NCBI GenBank assembly: GCA_963737065.1
Contig: CAVTRC010000001.1
Span: forward strand, 1,600,001 to 1,664,000
Direction: 5' to 3'
Origin: Candidatus Eremiobacteria bacterium
GTDB lineage: Bacteria; Vulcanimicrobiota; Vulcanimicrobiia; Vulcanimicrobiales; Vulcanimicrobiaceae
Length of the DNA: 64,000 nt
The notes beneath the pieces are model-generated. The model was not told the DNA's origin and made no database searches. It saw nothing but the letters and a program-made list of their open reading frames with translations. Positions 58,703-64,000 of the stretch are shown here, one piece after another. Both the position numbers and the translations under genes were made by a program. Numbering within the stretch: position 1 is the first letter of the stretch; each line of letters opens with the position of its first letter.

Positions 58703-60304
58703 ATGCGCCTTACGATGGTTGTGTTGCTTGCTGCGGGGCTGAGCGCGGCGGGTTGTTCCCGAACCGCCGGCACGGAGGAGCGGCCGGTGAACGTCATTCG
58801 CTTCAACGTCGCCGCGGATCCGGCATCGCTCAACCCGCTGTTTTTGCGCCCGGACGCCGCTGTTGTCGACCAGCAGCTCGCTCGCCTAGCGTTCGAGCCG
58901 TTTATCGATTTAGATGCACGCGGGCACGAGCTACCGGCACTCTTAGACCGGATCCCCAGCATTGCAAACGGTGGGGTGAGTCGCGACGGGCGGACCATCA
59001 CGTATCATCTGCGGCGCAACGTTACGTGGAGCGACGGGGTGCCCGTGACGAGCGACGACGTGCTCTACACACTTCACGCTATCCTCGATCCGCGCAATCC
59101 CGTGCGGTCCCGAGAGGGATATGACTTGATCGATCGCGCCACGGCGCGCGACCAGCACACCGTGGTATTTCATTTGAAGCGCGCGTGGGCTCCGGCCGTG
59201 ACGAGCTATTTTTCGTACGGAACATCGCCGCAATTCGTTCTTCCCGCGCACGTGCTGCGCACGCAAGAGCCCCTTGCACAGGCGCGGTTCAATGCGACGC
59301 CGGCCGTCGGCGACGGCCCGTTTGTTTTCGCATCGTGGACTCCCGGCGAATCACTGAGATACGTTCGCAATCCGAGTTACTGGCGTGGTCCCGCGAAAGC
59401 CAGATCGCTCGATATCGGCATTGCGCCGGATCCGTCAACGAATCTTGTGATGTTCCAGTCGGGAACGGTTGATTGGAATCTCATCGCGCCGGCGCAATAT
59501 AGGCTCGTCGCGCGCGACCCGCACGTACGTTTCGTGAGAACGCCGACGGCCGTGGTTGCCGCGCTCATCATGAATACCGCGCACTCGCCGCTCAACGATG
59601 CGAACGTACGCCGCGCGATCGCGATGTCGATCGATCGCACCACGATCAGCAAGAAGATCACGCTCGGGATATATCCGGTGACAAACATGCTGCAGCCGCA
59701 ATTCTCGTGGGCATTCGATCCGTCGATTCGCGAACCGCGATACGATCCTCGCGCGGCCGATACGTTGTTCGATTCCGCCGGATGGCGCCGCGGCGCGGAC
59801 GGCATGCGCGCGCGCAACGGCGTAGCGCTGCATTTCACGTACGTGCAGTTTCCCGAGTCGATGACCGGCGTTCGCGTTGCGACGGCCGTGCAAGCCGCGC
59901 TGCGCGAGCGAGGAATAGACGTGACGATCAAGAGCGTCAGCAACGCGCAGTTGTTTTTACCAAAAACGGGAACGCTCGCGAGCGGCAGGTTCGATCTCGC
60001 GTACGTTCCGTTTACCATGGGCGACGATCCGGATGACGCGTTCGTTCTTTCCTGCAGCGGTGCATCGAACTATATGCGCTGGTGCGACCGGCGCGTCGAT
60101 GCGCTCGAAGCGCGCGCGATCGCATCGGTATCCCAAAGCGAACGCAAGTCGCTCTACGGTACGATCGCGCGCATCGTAGCGCGCGACGTTCCGCTGCTCT
60201 ACCTCTTCAACGCAAACTACATCTACGCGTACGGCGAGCGCCTCTCCGGGTTTTCGCCGAATGCCTTCTTGCCGACGTGGAACGCCTGGGCATGGAAGGT
60301 CTAA
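58703..60304 (+). CDS. Peptide ABC transporter substrate-binding lipoprotein (family 5)
   Basis: LSAAGC lipobox, WSDGVPVTSDDV, GDGPF, VRRAIAMSIDR. Confidence 0.92.
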   Translation: MRLTMVVLLAAGLSAAGCSRTAGTEERPVNVIRFNVAADPASLNPLFLRPDAAVVDQQLARLAFEPFIDLDARGHELPALLDRIPSIANGGVSRDGRTITYHLRRNVTWSDGVPVTSDDVLYTLHAILDPRNPVRSREGYDLIDRATARDQHTVVFHLKRAWAPAVTSYFSYGTSPQFVLPAHVLRTQEPLAQARFNATPAVGDGPFVFASWTPGESLRYVRNPSYWRGPAKARSLDIGIAPDPSTNLVMFQSGTVDWNLIAPAQYRLVARDPHVRFVRTPTAVVAALIMNTAHSPLNDANVRRAIAMSIDRTTISKKITLGIYPVTNMLQPQFSWAFDPSIREPRYDPRAADTLFDSAGWRRGADGMRARNGVALHFTYVQFPESMTGVRVATAVQAALRERGIDVTIKSVSNAQLFLPKTGTLASGRFDLAYVPFTMGDDPDDAFVLSCSGASNYMRWCDRRVDALEARAIASVSQSERKSLYGTIARIVARDVPLLYLFNANYIYAYGERLSGFSPNAFLPTWNAWAWKV

Positions 60305-61917
60305 CCGCGCGTCGCGTTGCCGTCGTTTGCGTGCACGGCGTCGCGCCGCATCCGCGCTACGAGTTTCAAGACCAAGTCTCCGGCCTGCTCTGCAAGTACC
60401 TCAACGACGACTGCGGCGCGAACGATGAGTGGGTCGTGGACGTCGTCAATCCGGGTAACGTGCTGCGTCACGGCTCGGACGAGCCGCAGCCGGCGATCAG
60501 CCGCGTTCATCGGCGCAGCGATGCCGATCCGAACTCTTCCGACCGCAGCTTCTTCGACGTTATCGAAGCGTACTGGAGCCCGATCTCAAAAGGCGGAACG
60601 AATTGGATGTGGGTCGTCAACTGGATTCTCAAAGTGGTATTCGTTCCGCTCAACACGACCGCGAGCTACAACGCGACATGGCAAAAACAATTCTTCGACT
60701 ACGGGTACATCGGCGGTGCGCTTCTTCTGGCGTTCGCGCTGTTCTTCGTATCGCTGAGCGCTGTGTGGCAATCGTTTGTTCGCGTACTCACGGTCACCGG
60801 GTTGATCAAGAACACGAACGCGAACGACGTCATTGCTACGCTCAACGCGAACACGCGTGCCCTCGGCGGCGTCCCGATCAAGATCGTCGTCTGGCTCTTC
60901 GTCGGACTCATCGGTGGATTCTTGTTGGCGCAGGCGCTCGCCGCAATCTGGAAGTTGTTCGTGCAACACAAAGCGCTCGTGCGCAATCGCAAGGCGGTAT
61001 GGCACCGCGCGATTGCGATCGTCGTGCTCCTCGTGCTCGGCGGCGCATGCATCGTGTCGATGGCCCTGGCGAAGTTTCCGAGCGGTGACCTTGGGTGGCA
61101 AGGTGTCGGCCTGATCGTTTTGATCTTCGTCGCGTTTCAACTCGGCTACGCGCTGCTGATCGGGTTCATGGTGGGGTTCTTCGGGGACGTGGAAATCTAT
61201 ACGACCCGCGACGAAAACGATTCGCGCTTCTATGCGATGCGCGACAATATCTTAGACGTCACCGTAGAGGCGATGATGCGCGCGATCTCCCCGCGGCTCA
61301 ACGGCGGACGTCGATACGACCGCGTGATCGTTCTCGCGCATAGCCTCGGAGCGACGATCGCGATGGACGCGCTCACGCGGCTGTATCAACTGTCGCTGCA
61401 AGGGGCGGTTACCGGCGAAGAGTTCGATCGCATCCGTGCCTTCATTACGGCCGGATCGTCGCTCGAGAAAACGCGCTATTTCTTCGATGTTTCCGGTATC
61501 ACGCCGACCGCGTCATTCGAGCACTGGCGTAACGATGCGTACGGCTCGATCTTCACCTGCGATCCCAAGACGCTCGACGGTTCGAACGGTCACGGCGTCT
61601 TCTGGGCGAATTATTGGTATTTCCAAGACCCTCTCTGCAACGAAATCCGTTCGTATCGTTCGTATCTCAACCCCGGCGACTCGATGGAATCATCACGTGC
61701 GATTCACGAAGAACGCGAAGGACAATGGCAATCGATGGACGGCGACGACGGACGGCCGATCTGCTGGAACGAGCGCGGACATAAACGCATACGGCTGAAC
61801 CACTGGCTGTTGCATTCGGATTACCTGTCGGACCCATGGTTTTGGCAGTCTGTGGAAGACGAACATATCGGCGCGCTGGACATCATCACGAGCCATGTCG
61901 AAGGAGTACGCGATTGA
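60292..61917 (+). CDS. Membrane protein with alpha/beta-hydrolase-like motifs
   Basis: VVCVHGV, central TM block, LAHSLG, FITAGS, DP, terminal H. Confidence 0.75.
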   Translation: MEGLTARRVAVVCVHGVAPHPRYEFQDQVSGLLCKYLNDDCGANDEWVVDVVNPGNVLRHGSDEPQPAISRVHRRSDADPNSSDRSFFDVIEAYWSPISKGGTNWMWVVNWILKVVFVPLNTTASYNATWQKQFFDYGYIGGALLLAFALFFVSLSAVWQSFVRVLTVTGLIKNTNANDVIATLNANTRALGGVPIKIVVWLFVGLIGGFLLAQALAAIWKLFVQHKALVRNRKAVWHRAIAIVVLLVLGGACIVSMALAKFPSGDLGWQGVGLIVLIFVAFQLGYALLIGFMVGFFGDVEIYTTRDENDSRFYAMRDNILDVTVEAMMRAISPRLNGGRRYDRVIVLAHSLGATIAMDALTRLYQLSLQGAVTGEEFDRIRAFITAGSSLEKTRYFFDVSGITPTASFEHWRNDAYGSIFTCDPKTLDGSNGHGVFWANYWYFQDPLCNEIRSYRSYLNPGDSMESSRAIHEEREGQWQSMDGDDGRPICWNERGHKRIRLNHWLLHSDYLSDPWFWQSVEDEHIGALDIITSHVEGVRD

Positions 61918-62420
61918 CCGCCGGGGAAATCGTCAGGCTGCTCCTCTCCAATGTCTTCGCCGTTCTCTTGATCGTCGCAATCGTTACGTCGATCGCCAAA
62001 GTGCGGCGCGCGCGGGTGGCGCGGCGTCCGATTAACCGTGCGTACGTCATTTGGGGCGAGCTGCTGTTCTATGTGTATGGCCTTGCGAACATCTATAGCG
62101 GTTTCTTTCATGCATATGCCGGCAATATGGCGGCGGCGAGTATCGGCTGGCAGGACAGCCCGTTTCAATACGAACTCGGATGGTTCGAGATCGCGTACGG
62201 GCTCACCGCGCTGATGTCACTCTGGCGTCGATACGAGTTTCGTCTCGCGATGACGCTGCCGTATTCGATCTTCCTCCTCGCCGCCGCGGCGCAGCACATC
62301 AGTCAGATGCAGCACCAGCATAACTATGCGCCGAACAACGCCGGTTTGATCTTGTGGCTGGGCGACATCGCAATTCCGCTCGTCGTCCTCTTGCTATCGT
62401 GGATGGCACGAGATGAATGA
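61914..62420 (+). CDS. Small integral membrane protein (DUF6790-like)
   Basis: AASIGW..SPFQYELG, NYAPNNAG; TTG start overlapping the upstream stop. Confidence 0.75.
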   Translation: MTAGEIVRLLLSNVFAVLLIVAIVTSIAKVRRARVARRPINRAYVIWGELLFYVYGLANIYSGFFHAYAGNMAAASIGWQDSPFQYELGWFEIAYGLTALMSLWRRYEFRLAMTLPYSIFLLAAAAQHISQMQHQHNYAPNNAGLILWLGDIAIPLVVLLLSWMARDE

Positions 62421-62438
62421 AGCGCCGCGAGCCGTCGA

Positions 62439-63600
62439 TCATTTTTGCCGGCGCGAAGTCGCTACGCGTCCGTCCTGAGCAAGCGAATAGCTGCGATCGC
62501 GCCAACGAACGTCTCGCGCAAAAAAACCGCCGACCCATACCGCTGCCGTCAGTGCATCGCGCACGGGAAGCGCCCACAACGGCACGCGTGCGATGCCGAA
62601 GGCGCGCGCTGCACAGCGGGAGACGAAGGCGCGCGATGCCGAGCGCCGCCGCGACGGCAGTCCACGCCGCCGGCGATCCGCCGGTGAACGTGAGGAGCAG
62701 CAGCGCACATAGAAGAGGTTGCGTCAGGAACAACGATGCGTACCCGGACGGCCGCTGCGCGCGAATCGTTCGCGCCCAACGCAGCTCGTGACGCAGCAGC
62801 GCGCGTATATTGCGCTCGTAAACGATGTTTCGAACGAGATTTGGCGCAAGCGCCACGGTGTAGCCGCGGTCGGTGACGAGCTTTCCGAGAAGGTAATCAT
62901 CGCCGATGTGTGCGCTCAGTGCCGCGAGTCCACCGATGTCGTCGAGTACGGCGCGTCGGACCGCCATCGTCGATCCGAAACAATACGTGAGCGGTTCAAG
63001 CAGATGCGCGACCATCACCGAGGGAACGAACTGCTCGTTGATATACATTGCGCCGAGCATCGATGCGACGTTGTTCGCAGCCTCGCCGCAATACAGAGCC
63101 GTTGCGGCACCGACGCGAGGATCGTCAAACGACGCAACGATCGTGCGGAGGTAGCCGCAGTCGACGCGCATGTCGGCATCCGCAATCACGAGAAGGTCGT
63201 ATTTCGCGCGGCCGATCATTGCGCAAAGGTTCGCAACCTTTGGATTGGCGGCCGACGCCGGGTTTCCGATAACGATCGAAACGTCCGCGTGCGGAAACTC
63301 CGCCATGACTCGTTCAACAATCGCGACCGCGCGGTCCGCCGGATCGGTGACGCCGAAGATCACCTGAAATCGCGGATACCGTTGATCGACGAACGAGCGA
63401 AGGTTCTCGAGTAGCTCTACTTCGAGGCCCGCGAGCGGTTTGAGAATCGTCACCGGCGGCGTACCGTGCTCCGCGCAAATGCGATCGGTGCGCCGGTGCA
63501 GAGTTCGTAAACGGTGCAACGCAAGCATTTCGTATCCGATCGAGGCGGCCGCGACGGCGAAGCCGACGGCGGCTCCGAGCGGCGCGGTACTAAAGCGCAC
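62439..63600 (-). CDS. hpnI: Hopanoid glycosyltransferase HpnI (ceramide glucosyltransferase-like), frameshifted near the 3' end
   Basis: ILKPLAG, NPKVANL, DAD, DDYLLG, RWARTIR; natural tail RD...W...VRWR is in another frame ending at 62439. Confidence 0.85.
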
Positions 63601-64000
63601 CGGTCGCGAGCCGACTGTAGCTGATCCTGCGCGCGCCGGAGCCGTGCAACGCTTCGATCACCGACGGGGCGACGAGCGCAGCATACTCGCCCGCAAAATC
63701 GTAATCGTCCATGCCGCGCACACCGTGCCACCGGCGTGTCGCCGGATGGAAATATACCTCGGAGACGCCGCGCGGAAGATGGGCAAGAAATTGCACGACG
63801 CGGTCGGCCGTCATGTGTCCGGTGTCGTTCATGCCGAAGACGAAGTCGTTCGTCACGATCCCCGCGCGGCGCAATCGCCACTTCATCAAGGCGAGCCACG
63901 GCCAGAGAAGCGCGGCATTCGCAAACCGTTGCGGCGCGGCATTGCGCATGCTGCGCCACGACGGCCAAAACGGCTCGAACGGAATGCGCACCGCCCGCAG
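63590..64000 (-). CDS. hpnK: Hopanoid-associated HpnK (YdjC/ChbG deacetylase family), 5' part outside the window
   Basis: RIPFEP, NDFVFGMNDTGHM, SEVYFHP, EYAAL; directly upstream of hpnI. Confidence 0.85.
   Translation of the reverse strand: MRAVRIPFEPFWPSWRSMRNAAPQRFANAALLWPWLALMKWRLRRAGIVTNDFVFGMNDTGHMTADRVVQFLAHLPRGVSEVYFHPATRRWHGVRGMDDYDFAGEYAALVAPSVIEALHGSGARRISYSRLATGAL

Overview
GC-rich, gene-dense bacterial chromosomal window with about 65 CDS and no rRNA, tRNA, CRISPR array or transposase that I could see. Gene content tentatively suggests Ca. Eremiobacterota (Vulcanimicrobiota); this is inference only. It carries a PHA cluster (phaC plus two phaB), a MoxR/DUF58/DUF4350/DUF4129/SpoIIM/RDD cluster, minC-minD-minD-minE-rodA, RNase E/G, and an ftsEX operon continuing into a kinase, a response-regulator diguanylate cyclase, an M23 peptidase and two S41 proteases. 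It also has a TsdA-like cytochrome, a lipoyl-E2-E1 fused 2-oxoglutarate dehydrogenase, kamA/kdd lysine catabolism and hopanoid genes hpnK/hpnI. The most striking structure is a 100-aa GIY-YIG nuclease gene (36823-37125) bracketed by perfect 27-bp inverted repeats, each extended outward by a tandem array built from the repeat's outer end. Solo or doublet copies of the same repeat occur at about 16.96 kb (inside the minD2 5' end) and 49.06 kb, suggesting a GIY-YIG-associated REP/REPIN-like repeat system. Other oddities: a 157-bp duplication containing a long hairpin and the M23 gene tail, a HAD gene lacking a canonical start in the -1 frame behind RNase E, a decayed double-PilZ gene, and frameshifts in sucA and hpnI.
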